Assembly (NCBI GenBank): GCA_023246355.1
Contig: JAHFIQ010000004.1
Span: 2,697 to 66,696, forward strand
Direction: 5' to 3'
From: Candidatus Uhrbacteria bacterium
Lineage (GTDB): Bacteria; Patescibacteriota; Patescibacteriia; UBA9934; GWF2-40-263
DNA: 64,000 nt
Positions within the stretch are counted from its first letter, which is position 1, and each line of letters starts with the position of its first letter. This document shows positions 47,863 through 57,617 of this stretch, piece by piece. A program made the position numbers and the translations under genes. The notes beneath the pieces were generated by a model. The model was not told the DNA's origin. It did not search any database and was given only the letters and a program-made list of their open reading frames with translations.

Positions 47863-48647
47863 CAACACTGGCATTCGTTCTTCTTTCGACCTTTGGCATT
47901 GCCGTTCTTTCTCTGGTTGGGATTGTCTTTTTATCCGTGAGCGAACATCGCCTCGCGCCTCTTGTGCTTCTGTTGGTCGCGCTCTCGGCCGGCGCCATGT
48001 TGGGTAATGTCGTGTTTCATCTGTTGCCTGAAACCTTTGAAACCGTACAAGCCGGGGAGATCACCTTGTTCTTGGCCATGTTGCTCTTTGTTGGTTCGTT
48101 TGTTCTTGCGTTTTTCTTTGAATTATTTTTTTCTGCGTACCATTGCCACAACGTCGCTCACGCTGGTGAAGGAGAGAGTGTCATTGTCTGCAACCATCGC
48201 ATCAAGCCATTTGCGCAACTCGTTCTCTATAGTGATGCGCTTCACAATTTCATCGATGGGCTGATTATCGCTGCTTCGTTTGCTGTGTCTATTCCCTTGG
48301 GACTCACCACAACCCTGGCGGTTGCCCTCCATGAGATTCCTCAAGAGCTGGGAGATTTTGCGGTGTTGCTCCACGGAGGTTACAAAAAAAAACAAGCGCT
48401 CCTGTATAATTTCATCTCGGCGCTGACCGTCGTTGTCGGTGGAGTGATTGGATACTTTGTCACGTCTTCCGTGAGCGTTGCGGTTCCTGTGCTTTTGCCC
48501 TTTGCGGCTGGTAGCTTTCTTTATATCGCTGCCGCAGACTTGATGCCAGAGTTGAAGCATCAAGAAAAAATGAGCGAGACCGTTCTTCATGCGTCAGTGT
48601 TTTTGGTTGGGTTAGTGCTGATGGCGCTTACGGCCTTTCTTGAGTAG
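47859..48647 (+). CDS. zupT: ZIP-family zinc transporter
   Basis: HNFIDGL and HEIPQELGDFAVL signature helices. Confidence 0.8.
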   Translation: MTTLAFVLLSTFGIAVLSLVGIVFLSVSEHRLAPLVLLLVALSAGAMLGNVVFHLLPETFETVQAGEITLFLAMLLFVGSFVLAFFFELFFSAYHCHNVAHAGEGESVIVCNHRIKPFAQLVLYSDALHNFIDGLIIAASFAVSIPLGLTTTLAVALHEIPQELGDFAVLLHGGYKKKQALLYNFISALTVVVGGVIGYFVTSSVSVAVPVLLPFAAGSFLYIAAADLMPELKHQEKMSETVLHASVFLVGLVLMALTAFLE

Positions 48648-48648
48648 C

Positions 48649-49068
48649 TCAGTTTGCTTTCCTAAAGCAGAGAAACGCGATCGCGCCTCCAATCAGACCT
48701 AGCATCAAGTCCGCCATGGTATCCTGCAAAGAGACTTGGGCCTGGGGCCAGCCCATCCAAACTGTGAAGGTGTGATCAAGAACGTATTCGTGAAATTCCC
48801 ACAGGACAGCGATCAGAGCAACGAAGGAAATGACGAATAAAAAATGGTACCAGCCTGAAACGTGTTTGGTGCGAGCGTGTAAAATTTCACAGTGGTGAAC
48901 GGCAAGACCGAGCATGCCCATAGCAAAGCCTCCGGCAAAATGCATGGGGCCGTCAATTCCTGGAATCAAAAAATAGCCGTCCGTGAACAGAAGGATGCTG
49001 TGGAAGACAAGAACCGTAAGAATCGCATAAGAAGCCTTTGTAAACGTCATAACCGCATTATACATCAC
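48649..49068 (-). CDS. small membrane protein, unknown function
   Basis: 139 aa, 4 TM helices. Confidence 0.4.
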   Translation of the reverse strand: MMYNAVMTFTKASYAILTVLVFHSILLFTDGYFLIPGIDGPMHFAGGFAMGMLGLAVHHCEILHARTKHVSGWYHFLFVISFVALIAVLWEFHEYVLDHTFTVWMGWPQAQVSLQDTMADLMLGLIGGAIAFLCFRKAN

Positions 49069-49070
49069 TT

Positions 49071-49652
49071 ATGTTTACCCTTCCCGATCTCCCTTTTGCA
49101 AAAGACGCTCTGGCTCCTTGGACCAGCGCACAGACGCTTGAGTTCCATCATGGCAAACATCATGCCGGGTACGTGAGTAAGCTCAACGATGCTGTTGTTG
49201 GCACAGAATTTTTAGACAAGAGTCTTGAGGAGGTGATCGCATCTGCACGGAGTAAAAATCAGAAAGTGTTTAACCTTGCGGCTCAGCATTTCAATCATAG
49301 CTTCTTCTGGAATTGTTTGACGGGAGCCTCACAACAACCCTCTGCACATCTTCTTACCATGCTCGAACGAGATTTTGGATCCATCGATGCGTTCCGTGAT
49401 CAATTCTCCGCCGTGGCCGCAGCTCACTTTGGCTCTGGTTGGGCCTGGCTTGTGCAGGATCAGGCGGGGAAATTGATCGTGAAAGATTTTCACGATGCTG
49501 AAACTCCTGTGGGCACAGAGCTGCGTCCTATTCTGACTCTCGACGTTTGGGAGCATGCCTATTATCTTGATTTTAAAAATGACCGAGCCAGCTTTATCAA
49601 AGGTTTTTGGGAGCGTGTGAACTGGGCGTTTGTCGCTGAGCAACTTGTATGA
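49071..49652 (+). CDS. sodA: Fe/Mn superoxide dismutase
   Basis: HHGKHH ... DVWEHAYY signature. Confidence 0.9.
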   Translation: MFTLPDLPFAKDALAPWTSAQTLEFHHGKHHAGYVSKLNDAVVGTEFLDKSLEEVIASARSKNQKVFNLAAQHFNHSFFWNCLTGASQQPSAHLLTMLERDFGSIDAFRDQFSAVAAAHFGSGWAWLVQDQAGKLIVKDFHDAETPVGTELRPILTLDVWEHAYYLDFKNDRASFIKGFWERVNWAFVAEQLV

Positions 49653-50848
49653 TGAAAAAAAATTGGATCATTTGGTTTTCTGTTCTTGTCGGAGTCGTTG
49701 TTTTGGGTGGCGTGGCGTTCGTGCTTTTTCATGCACCAAACGAAACATCGAAGACAGAGTCATCCTCTGAGATTTCAGATGTAGGTGAGGATCAGGAACA
49801 GGAAGAGTCCACCACACAACAGACAGCAGACGAACGTGCGGTTGAGATTCCAACAGAAAAACCCACGAGCCCGGTGATTTATGCAACCGTGTTTACTCAT
49901 AATGAAGACGGTTTGGGAATAGAGGACCCAGATTACACACAGGACGAGGACGAGTTTTGGACGGATCGCGAAGCCGTGATTGAATTTGCGCAGATGCTCC
50001 AAGATCACCACGTTGGATATGATTTTCAATCGGACTGGAATTTTTTGCTCGCCATCCAAGCCTTTGATGAGGGCACAGACTCCACGGACGGGAAAAATGT
50101 CCTGCGCTATCTGTCGGAGGATCTCGATGCACAAGTGGACATCCATTCCCACCAGAACATGGGCTATAACACGGCCGATGTCGGCTATCTGATGACACAG
50201 CTTGGCGTGACGCCCTCTGGCATTGTGGGAGGCATGATCGCCTCTCCAGCCGAGGATTCTTTGCTCGAAGATTTTTGGGAACCGATGAAGGCCAACAAAT
50301 TTGATTACACCTGGAGTGCAGAAGCGGTCTTCGGTGGAGGGACGGGTTTGCATCAAGATGAAGAATCTTTGTGGACGTCCGGCGTGTGGCGACCACAGGA
50401 CAAGGAGCATTATCTTGTGCATGATGACGATGCGCCGATTCCATCGATTGGGCATTATGAATCGAACTGGGATGGACTGGATAATTTGTTAGCTCACCAA
50501 GAGGCCGGCGATCTTGAAGCGGGAAAGATGTACACGATCGCCATCAACGCGCATCAGCGAGATTTCAACGAGGCGTTCAAGAATGAATTCGAGGCACAAC
50601 TGAAAACATACGATGATGAAACACAAGAAGGAAGAATCGTCTGGGTGACGCTCAATGAAGTGTTAGACATTTGGCATACGACCTACAACGAGGAACCAAC
50701 CATTTTCAAATTTGATGGCGAGGCATCAAGCACGACAGACGCTCCGACCCTGCAACCTGGTGGAACCGGAACCGGCGGCAGCTGCGGAAACGGTGTCTGT
50801 GAAGCCTTGGAGAGAAAGATGAAGTTGTGCCCGGAGGATTGTTCGTAG
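49649..50848 (+). CDS. membrane-anchored extracellular protein, unknown function, Cys-rich C-terminus
   Basis: N-terminal TM helix, acidic linker, C-terminal CGNGVCE ... CPEDC. Confidence 0.45.
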   Translation: MMKKNWIIWFSVLVGVVVLGGVAFVLFHAPNETSKTESSSEISDVGEDQEQEESTTQQTADERAVEIPTEKPTSPVIYATVFTHNEDGLGIEDPDYTQDEDEFWTDREAVIEFAQMLQDHHVGYDFQSDWNFLLAIQAFDEGTDSTDGKNVLRYLSEDLDAQVDIHSHQNMGYNTADVGYLMTQLGVTPSGIVGGMIASPAEDSLLEDFWEPMKANKFDYTWSAEAVFGGGTGLHQDEESLWTSGVWRPQDKEHYLVHDDDAPIPSIGHYESNWDGLDNLLAHQEAGDLEAGKMYTIAINAHQRDFNEAFKNEFEAQLKTYDDETQEGRIVWVTLNEVLDIWHTTYNEEPTIFKFDGEASSTTDAPTLQPGGTGTGGSCGNGVCEALERKMKLCPEDCS

Positions 50849-51026
50849 CTGCCTCGCTTGACGTAATTCGTTCCATCAGGTAAAAAGATCTCTCTCATAT
50901 TTAACGCCGAAAAGCGCTATGACAACCACACGCACCATTTGTCTGTACATGGCCGCCGATACTGGTTTTCCAGTCTCGGAGATGTCTTTTATTTCGGCGT
51001 GGAGTCTCAAGGTTTAAGCAAAAAAC

Positions 51027-52985
51027 TTGAAACGCCCCGCTGAATCCTCAGAGGAGGATAAGACGGGGCCTATTTTGTTCCTTTCATCTTCACGTTCGGA
51101 GGCAGCTGTGGACGAAGACATTCGGAGTTACAAGGCTGATACGTCACTCAAGGACTACTTGAGGTCGATGAGTGAAACCGTCGAAGTGCTCTCTTGGTGC
51201 TTTTCTCAGTTTGTGAACGGGACGGCTTGGGGATACGTCAAGCGCATTCTCGCTTGGTCCAGCCTGTCGCGGATTTCAAGTCTGACCTATCCCTGGTTCA
51301 TGGGGCTTGGGATCGAAGGACTCATGACTCACAACGCGGCTCATGCCCTGACGGCGCTCTTGGGCATCTGGCTTTCCTACATGCTCGGCTCGGTCTTTGA
51401 ATGGCGAGCCGGACATTTCATCGAGCTCACGCTTGGTGAAAATCTGGCGACCATGGATCATCGCATCAACCAGCTGTTCTTCGAGAAAGACTTGGGACTG
51501 CATTTGGAGGAGGGGAGTCGGCTCACGCAGGAGAATATGGAAAAGGGCTGGAATCGATTCCACCAGGTTCAGCAGTCTGTGCTGTTCGCTGGCATTGATT
51601 CAGGACTTTCGTTTCTCATCTCGTTTGTGATGCTGATGGTCTTGAGTCCCGTCTGCGGTGGGATCGTTCTTACGATTCTCATGGCCAACATCCTTCTCTC
51701 GCTTCACCTCAACCGTTTCATCACGGTTGCGATGGGGCCAGTGGAATCGCGTTTTCGCGCGCTGCATCGGCGACGTGGAGAACGCTGGTTGGGTGTTGAA
51801 CGCGTCGTCACTTCGGGTCGGCACAGGGCTGAGGTCGAGGAGATGGACGCAGAGTTCCGTGCGACGATCGAAGAAGATCGCAAGATCTGGTTGCGCTACA
51901 TTCGTGGCACCATGCCGCGGTCTATTCTGTCGGGCTTTGCCGCAACTGCGACCGGGCTGTGGGCTGGTTGGCAGGTGTGGACAGGGACGATGAACGCCTC
52001 TGACATGATCCCGATTCTGACCTGGGCCGGCATGGCCACGCAGCAGATTCGATTCCTGGCTCGCGTTGAGCGGGAAGTCAACTGGTGCACACCAAGTCTG
52101 AAGTCACTGCGTGAAGCACTGACACTTCCTGTTCGTGTGATCGAGTCGGCCGATGCCCATGTCCTTCCCGACGAACCGATCACGATTCAGATTTCTGAAG
52201 TCGGACATCGCTACGAGCAGGGTCGTGGAGTGAAAGAAGGGAGGCAGACTCGTGTACTCCAAGGGCTCACCTTCACGATTCAACCGAGGGAAAAGGTCGC
52301 ACTCATCGGTCCCAGTGGCGCTGGCAAAAGCACGGTCACACGTCTTCTGCAGCGCTACATGGATCCGGAGCAGGGGGTCATTCACCTCAACGGCCATCAT
52401 CTTGGAGCCGTGAATCTACCCTCTTGGCGACGGTTGGTGGGAACGATTCCCCAAAGCCCGAAACTCTTCGATGGGACACTCAAAGACAATTTGCTCTACG
52501 CTCTCACCCCAGAACAACGAGCGCTGCTCACCGACGACCAGATCTGGGAGGTGATGCGATTGCTGCGGGTGGACTTCGGTCCACGACTGACTCATGGCCT
52601 TGAAACGCGCGTGGGTCGCAACGGAGTAAAACTCTCTGGTGGAGAAGCGCAGCGTGTGATGATTGCCTCGGTTGCTCTCAAGCGTCCGCGGTTCATGATT
52701 ATCGACGAGGCGACGAGTTCGCTCGACGCGGAGAATCAAGCCGCTGTCCAAGCCGGTCTCGAATCGCTCCTCGCAAGCATGGACGCCTCGGCTCTCATCA
52801 TCGCCCATCGACTTTCAACCGTCATGGGCTGTGACACGTTCGTGGTGCTCAAACCTGTGGACACGCTTGAAAACGGCAACAGCCAAATCGAGTGCATCGC
52901 GCACTCCAAGGAAGAAGTCTTCGCGAGTTCCCCGACCTTCCGTCGGCTCGCAGAACTCGAAGGCGTTCGCCTCACGGTTGCCTAG
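51027..52985 (+). CDS. ABC transporter, fused permease/ATPase (exporter type)
   Basis: N-terminal TMD; Walker A GPSGAGKST, signature LSGGEAQR, Walker B IIDEATSSLD. Confidence 0.8.
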   Translation: MKRPAESSEEDKTGPILFLSSSRSEAAVDEDIRSYKADTSLKDYLRSMSETVEVLSWCFSQFVNGTAWGYVKRILAWSSLSRISSLTYPWFMGLGIEGLMTHNAAHALTALLGIWLSYMLGSVFEWRAGHFIELTLGENLATMDHRINQLFFEKDLGLHLEEGSRLTQENMEKGWNRFHQVQQSVLFAGIDSGLSFLISFVMLMVLSPVCGGIVLTILMANILLSLHLNRFITVAMGPVESRFRALHRRRGERWLGVERVVTSGRHRAEVEEMDAEFRATIEEDRKIWLRYIRGTMPRSILSGFAATATGLWAGWQVWTGTMNASDMIPILTWAGMATQQIRFLARVEREVNWCTPSLKSLREALTLPVRVIESADAHVLPDEPITIQISEVGHRYEQGRGVKEGRQTRVLQGLTFTIQPREKVALIGPSGAGKSTVTRLLQRYMDPEQGVIHLNGHHLGAVNLPSWRRLVGTIPQSPKLFDGTLKDNLLYALTPEQRALLTDDQIWEVMRLLRVDFGPRLTHGLETRVGRNGVKLSGGEAQRVMIASVALKRPRFMIIDEATSSLDAENQAAVQAGLESLLASMDASALIIAHRLSTVMGCDTFVVLKPVDTLENGNSQIECIAHSKEEVFASSPTFRRLAELEGVRLTVA

Positions 52986-52998
52986 ACATTCCTCTCAC

Positions 52999-53025
52999 CC
53001 CCACTCTCTCGGTGGGGTTTTTGAT
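52999..53025 (+). terminator. rho-independent terminator
   Basis: CCCCAC-tctctcg-GTGGGG followed by TTTTTG. Confidence 0.7.
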
Positions 53026-53097
53026 TGTCAAAGTTGTTTAAGCATGCTAGTCTCCAATCTCGTCCAACAAGGACGAGACCGTTTTGGAGTCCCTCAA

Positions 53098-54075
53098 ATG
53101 AGCCAAGAAGTAACCGCAGACCAGCTGCTCACATTGATGAGTAAGCTGGTTGTACGACTCAGCAAGGAGATCGAGCTTCCAATAAGGGGAAAAACGTCAC
53201 GACCCCTCGCGAACGGAGAATTGTTCATTTGCAGCGAGAATGTGTTCATTCGTAGCGACGTGGATGATTGTCTCATAGGACGGGGTCCAGCGAGTCTGCA
53301 GGTGCTAGAAAATTTCTTGATTTGGGTGCTCATCAAGCATGAGCGAGTGTGTTTTGCTGATGATTACTTCGCAGACATAGAGAGGGCACAGCAAACAGAA
53401 GCGTTCATTCGTCTGACGACATTTCGTGAGAAGGTGTTGTCAGGTGAAGTCATCGTTCCTTGGTCACCGGAGGAGTTGTGGGATACGTTGTTTCTTCCAT
53501 GGCCAGATGATCTTCCAATGACCGTCCCTGTCCCGGAGGTTGAGTATTCTCTTGGGAGGCACATGACACCTGGGGAGGAGCTTCGCACGGCGTGGATTAA
53601 ATTTTGGAAAAGGCTTTTCTTTCACAACATGGATAGGGATGTTCCAGTTCAAGGTGCGCCATCCTTTTTTCGGCGAGCTGTACGAATCAGAGGTCTCGGG
53701 TTTTCTACTCTGACTGCGCGAGCGGAATCCCTGCCGGTGGAAGCGAGATCCCAGCTGGATCTGCGAGCGTCTACACAGACAGAACTCATTCGACATCGGT
53801 TTCCCGTGGGCCCCATGTACATGAAGCCGATAAGGGGTGGAGAGAGCGAGTTAGAGTTCAAGACACGACACTTCGACACACACGGACCCTGGAGCGGAAG
53901 TTTTCCGCTTGTCTACATCGATGACAAGCCAGAAGTCGTCAACGCCTACATTCGCTCGATGGAACGACAGGGAGTCAAAACGTATCTGGGTGTTCATTTC
54001 CAAGGTTCCTATAAATCCACAACTCCCTTGGACGCAAGAGCCGTTGTTCTCAAGAGCTATGTTTCCAAGCCATGA
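53098..54075 (+). CDS. hypothetical protein (325 aa)
   Basis: ATG after GGAG; no recognisable motif. Confidence 0.4.
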   Translation: MSQEVTADQLLTLMSKLVVRLSKEIELPIRGKTSRPLANGELFICSENVFIRSDVDDCLIGRGPASLQVLENFLIWVLIKHERVCFADDYFADIERAQQTEAFIRLTTFREKVLSGEVIVPWSPEELWDTLFLPWPDDLPMTVPVPEVEYSLGRHMTPGEELRTAWIKFWKRLFFHNMDRDVPVQGAPSFFRRAVRIRGLGFSTLTARAESLPVEARSQLDLRASTQTELIRHRFPVGPMYMKPIRGGESELEFKTRHFDTHGPWSGSFPLVYIDDKPEVVNAYIRSMERQGVKTYLGVHFQGSYKSTTPLDARAVVLKSYVSKP

Positions 54076-54177
54076 ATCTCCTACGGCCTCAGATTACTCT
54101 GGGGTTTTTGATTACAGCGCGGGGGCTTAGCCACCGCGGCACGGAAGCCTAGCCTCGGTTTTCAATCGGGAAAACAA

Positions 54178-54210
54178 AAATCCTCTGGACGAATCCAGAG
54201 GATTTTTGAA
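54178..54210. terminator. bidirectional terminator
   Basis: AAAAATCCTCTGG-acgaa-TCCAGAGGATTTTT. Confidence 0.7.
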
Positions 54211-54213
54211 AGC

Positions 54214-54468
54214 TTATTCAGCTTTTGGACGGGCGAGGGACACGCTGATCGCGCGGCCTTCGACCATCATACCGTCGGCGCCTTCGATGGCGGCTTGAGC
54301 GGAAGCGTCGTCAGCATACTCGACGAAGCCGAATCCGCGGCTGCGGCCACTCTCCCGGTCTGTGACAACGCGAGCAGAGACGACTTCACCAAACTTGGCA
54401 AAGATTTCCATCAGAGCGGCGTCGTCGGTTGCCCAGGGGAGGGAGCCGACAAATAACTTGTTCTTCAT
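54214..54468 (-). CDS. RRM-type RNA-binding protein
   Basis: RNP-2 LFVGSL and RNP-1 RGFGFVEY. Confidence 0.8.
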   Translation of the reverse strand: MKNKLFVGSLPWATDDAALMEIFAKFGEVVSARVVTDRESGRSRGFGFVEYADDASAQAAIEGADGMMVEGRAISVSLARPKAE

Positions 54469-54616
54469 AGCAAGAGAAGTGACAAGGGGAACCGAAGTTC
54501 CATCAAAGAGTTAGGAGCTTCTCTGACCACAAAGGGAACAAGAGGAAGCAAGGAAAGTATCTCACAAAAGTCGATCGATGTCAATGGGCCGGGTCTCGGG
54601 TATACTGGAAGGAACT

Positions 54617-55153
54617 ATGCAGCAGAGATCCTTGCTCTGGGTTTTATTGGTCGCATCGGTCTTATTGGTCGGTTGTGGAAAAACGACTGAACACGTTGAC
54701 GAGTCGGCTGCTTTGACGTTGCCAGTGGAGGTCGCGGGTTCGGTCTACCAGAACACGCGTTTTGCTTACGAATTTACAGTTTCAGATGGAATACTCGTGT
54801 ACGCTCTGAATCTTGAAGACCAAACCGCCAGGCTGGCAGGGCCTGAGGATGAGATTGTGTTTGTGGCAGGTGAGGGGACCAACGTGCTCACAGTTCGAGG
54901 GGTCGAGGGACAAGGATCACCTCATGAGTGGCTCACGAGTCATGTGACGTTTTTTTATCCCAAGGGCGAAGCCGCCCAGCAGATTCAAGATCTGGATGGG
55001 AAACAAGCGATCACTCTCTACGGTGACGGCACCAGTGACTCACCAGCTCGACTACTCGTCGCACAACATGACGACCAGTTGATCATCATTACCTTTGAAC
55101 AAGAGGACGAACGTTTTGATCAGATCCTTTCCTCGTTCACGTTTACCCCTTGA
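54617..55153 (+). CDS. lipoprotein, unknown function
   Basis: signal peptide with lipobox LLVGCG. Confidence 0.4.
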   Translation: MQQRSLLWVLLVASVLLVGCGKTTEHVDESAALTLPVEVAGSVYQNTRFAYEFTVSDGILVYALNLEDQTARLAGPEDEIVFVAGEGTNVLTVRGVEGQGSPHEWLTSHVTFFYPKGEAAQQIQDLDGKQAITLYGDGTSDSPARLLVAQHDDQLIIITFEQEDERFDQILSSFTFTP

Positions 55154-56423
55154 GAGCCTGGCGCATCTGTGTTTTGTAGAGCTCGACTTCTGGTTGGTCA
55201 AACGCGTTGACGTCCATGAGTCGTGCCAGATACATCACCTCGATCATGCGCCACTGAAGGTAATAGCCAAGTTCCCACGTGCCGATTCCTTCCAGGTCGA
55301 TGAGAAGACAAGGTCGATGTAATTGTCCGTAGGTTGCTTTCACGCCTGTGACGATCGCCTTCATGACCTGTTCAAGAGATTTGTTTTGCAGGTCAGACAC
55401 AAGACCAGAGAACAGCGGCTGACGAGGGACTTGATTGACATCTCCGCTCATGGAATAGATGAGGTGCGTTACTTTGTCATCAGGTCCGGCGAAATACAGT
55501 TGAGCCTGCGAATGTAAATCCGTTGATCCGATGGAGACGATCGGCGTGATACCCTTACCGTCTTTTCCCAGACTCTCGGCCATCAACTGTCGGTACCATT
55601 TTCCGAGTGACTCGAGTTTTGGTGAAAAAAGAAAGCTGTTGTGGATCGTACGACCAGCGCGGCGGTGACAATCGGTGATAATGGCGCTTGCCATGGCCGT
55701 GTTGACCTGTAGATCCTCCTGCGTGTTGTCGACAACTGACTGGCGTGCACCTTCCAGCAATCCCTCCACATCGATGCCGGAAAGCAACAAGGGAAGCAGT
55801 CCGACCGCGGTGAAGACAGAGTAGCGTCCACCGACCATGCTCGGGATCGACAGGCGCGCGATTTTTTTCTCCCCAGCTTGGTTCCAGAGTTTGGATCCTT
55901 CGTCGGTAATGGCGACAAACCGAGATCTGGGATCGCCAAAATGTTCACTCAGGTACGCAAAGAGGACCTCGGCATTGGCGATCGTCTCCGTGGTGGTGCC
56001 TGATTTGCTGATCACGATCACCGCAAAGTCGTCTTTCTTGGGAAGACGTTCGAGTGTACGCGTGACAGACGTCATTTTTTCATCGCTGACCGTATCGAGG
56101 AATAGCAGTTTGGGAAGGCGATCCACGAGCAAGTTCATGGATCCGGCCACGGCATCGTACACAGCCTGTGTTCCCAGGTTCGATCCGCCGATGCCGATCA
56201 CGACCACATATTGAAGCGTGTTGGTTTTGATGGCCGCGGCGACGTCGCGGACCTGTTTGAGGATTTGTTCATCAAAAGGAAGATGCAGAGAACTTTCAGG
56301 CTCGAGGTAGTCTGTTTGCGTTGAGATTTTTTTGAAACGCGAGACAGAGTCGCAGAGGGAACCAGCTCGGTCTTTGAGTTCAGCTTCGGAAACCAGAGCC
56401 CCAGCGTCGTGGATGAATTTCAT
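55143..56423 (-). CDS. pgi: glucose-6-phosphate isomerase
   Basis: SIS-domain motifs GIGGSNLG and SKSGTTTET. Confidence 0.8.
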   Translation of the reverse strand: MKFIHDAGALVSEAELKDRAGSLCDSVSRFKKISTQTDYLEPESSLHLPFDEQILKQVRDVAAAIKTNTLQYVVVIGIGGSNLGTQAVYDAVAGSMNLLVDRLPKLLFLDTVSDEKMTSVTRTLERLPKKDDFAVIVISKSGTTTETIANAEVLFAYLSEHFGDPRSRFVAITDEGSKLWNQAGEKKIARLSIPSMVGGRYSVFTAVGLLPLLLSGIDVEGLLEGARQSVVDNTQEDLQVNTAMASAIITDCHRRAGRTIHNSFLFSPKLESLGKWYRQLMAESLGKDGKGITPIVSIGSTDLHSQAQLYFAGPDDKVTHLIYSMSGDVNQVPRQPLFSGLVSDLQNKSLEQVMKAIVTGVKATYGQLHRPCLLIDLEGIGTWELGYYLQWRMIEVMYLARLMDVNAFDQPEVELYKTQMRQALKG

Positions 56424-56548
56424 ACACCACCATCATATCAAAGCCACGTGTGGATAACCATTTTCCTCTCTTGACTCACAAAATGCTACGATAGATCCAT
56501 AATTTATTTTTCTTTGCAGCTTTCGCTTTCGAAAGCTGAGATCATCGT

Positions 56549-56761
56549 ATGATGAATTCATCTAAGTGCGGCATCCACTGTGTCGCCTGGTGGCTCCTTT
56601 GGGTAGGAGGCATCAACTGGGGTCTGGTCGGTCTGCTCGACTGGAACCTCGTCGACACATTGCTCGGCGGCTGGCCATGGCTCGTGAAGCTCGTGTATAT
56701 CCTCGTGGGTATCTCAGCTCTGCTCGTGTTGCTTGAAAAGAAGTGTACGAAGTGTAAGTAG
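56549..56761 (+). CDS. DUF378-family small membrane protein
   Basis: 70 aa, two TM helices with a GLVGLLDWNLV motif. Confidence 0.5.
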   Translation: MMNSSKCGIHCVAWWLLWVGGINWGLVGLLDWNLVDTLLGGWPWLVKLVYILVGISALLVLLEKKCTKCK

Positions 56762-56880
56762 GATTCAAACAAAAAATGAGGATTGCTCCTCGTTTTTTGT
56801 TTGAAGGTCTTGCCAAAGTGTGGTTTTATTGTTAGTCTGAAACTGCCATTTGGCAAAACTCTGCAACCTACGGAGGACAC

Positions 56881-57036
56881 ATGTCCTTTCTTCTCTCCGG
56901 TGAAATTACCAACGAGCTCTTGGACGGCGGCTACATCACGGACGGCGGGACCCCGATCATCTCCGGCGGTGGCGGCGCCCAGCTCGTCGACGGCGGCCGC
57001 GTCAGCCAAGGCAAGACCGATAGCGGAACGCTCTGA
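56881..57036 (+). CDS. small Gly-rich protein (51 aa), unannotated in the ORF track
   Basis: ATG 6 nt after a perfect GGAGG SD; own terminator at 57082-57110; MSFLLSGEITNELLDGGYITDGGTPIISGGGGAQLVDGGRVSQGKTDSGTL. Confidence 0.4.
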   Translation: MSFLLSGEITNELLDGGYITDGGTPIISGGGGAQLVDGGRVSQGKTDSGTL

Positions 57037-57081
57037 TCAACCTCCAAGGCTGATCTCACACCAACGCTCCCCACGCACCCC

Positions 57082-57110
57082 GAGTCCACACTCGGGTTTT
57101 CTATTTGTGC
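57082..57110 (+). terminator. rho-independent terminator
   Basis: CCCGAGT-ccaca-ACTCGGG followed by TTTTCTATTT. Confidence 0.65.
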
Positions 57111-57124
57111 TAAACTAGAATCCT

Positions 57125-57601
57125 ATGATGAAAAAAGGCATGAAGGCTCCGGGGTTTTCACTTCCGGATCAGGAGGGGACCGTTCACTCACTCGCCGATT
57201 ACAAGGGCCAGTGGGTGCTGCTGTATTTTTATCCTAAAGACGATACGCCTGGTTGTACAAAAGAAGCCTGCATGATTCGTGACTCCTGGCCGAAGTTTAA
57301 AAAACTTTCCCTGAACGTTTTTGGTGTGAGTGTGGACTCGGTGAAGAGTCATGGAAAGTTTGTGAAGAAGTATGACCTGCCGTTTATCCTATTGGCTGAC
57401 GAGGACAAGGCGATCGTCAAAAAGTACGGCGTGTGGGGAAAGAAAAAGTTCATGGGTCGGGAGTATCTGGGAACGAATCGGATGTCGTTTCTGATCGACC
57501 CAACAGGCAAGATCGCCAAAGTGTACGAGAATGTGAAGCCAGAGGCCCATGCAGATGAGGTGCTCACAGACCTGAAAATACTCACCAAAAAAGCAGGCTA
57601 A
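57125..57601 (+). CDS. bcp: thiol peroxidase Bcp / peroxiredoxin Q
   Basis: FYPKDDTPGCTKEAC active-site motif. Confidence 0.85.
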   Translation: MMKKGMKAPGFSLPDQEGTVHSLADYKGQWVLLYFYPKDDTPGCTKEACMIRDSWPKFKKLSLNVFGVSVDSVKSHGKFVKKYDLPFILLADEDKAIVKKYGVWGKKKFMGREYLGTNRMSFLIDPTGKIAKVYENVKPEAHADEVLTDLKILTKKAG

Positions 57602-57617
57602 GCCTGCTTTTTCCTTA
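57590..57617. terminator. bidirectional terminator
   Basis: AAAAAGCAGGC-taa-GCCTGCTTTTT. Confidence 0.7.

Noticed and set aside
56783-57118. 111 aa ORF from the ORF track, and the 155 aa antisense ORF at 56542-57009
   Set aside because: It has a TTG start inside the DUF378 terminator region and a Pro/Ser/Ala-rich product. The alternative 51-codon frame has a perfect SD and its own terminator.
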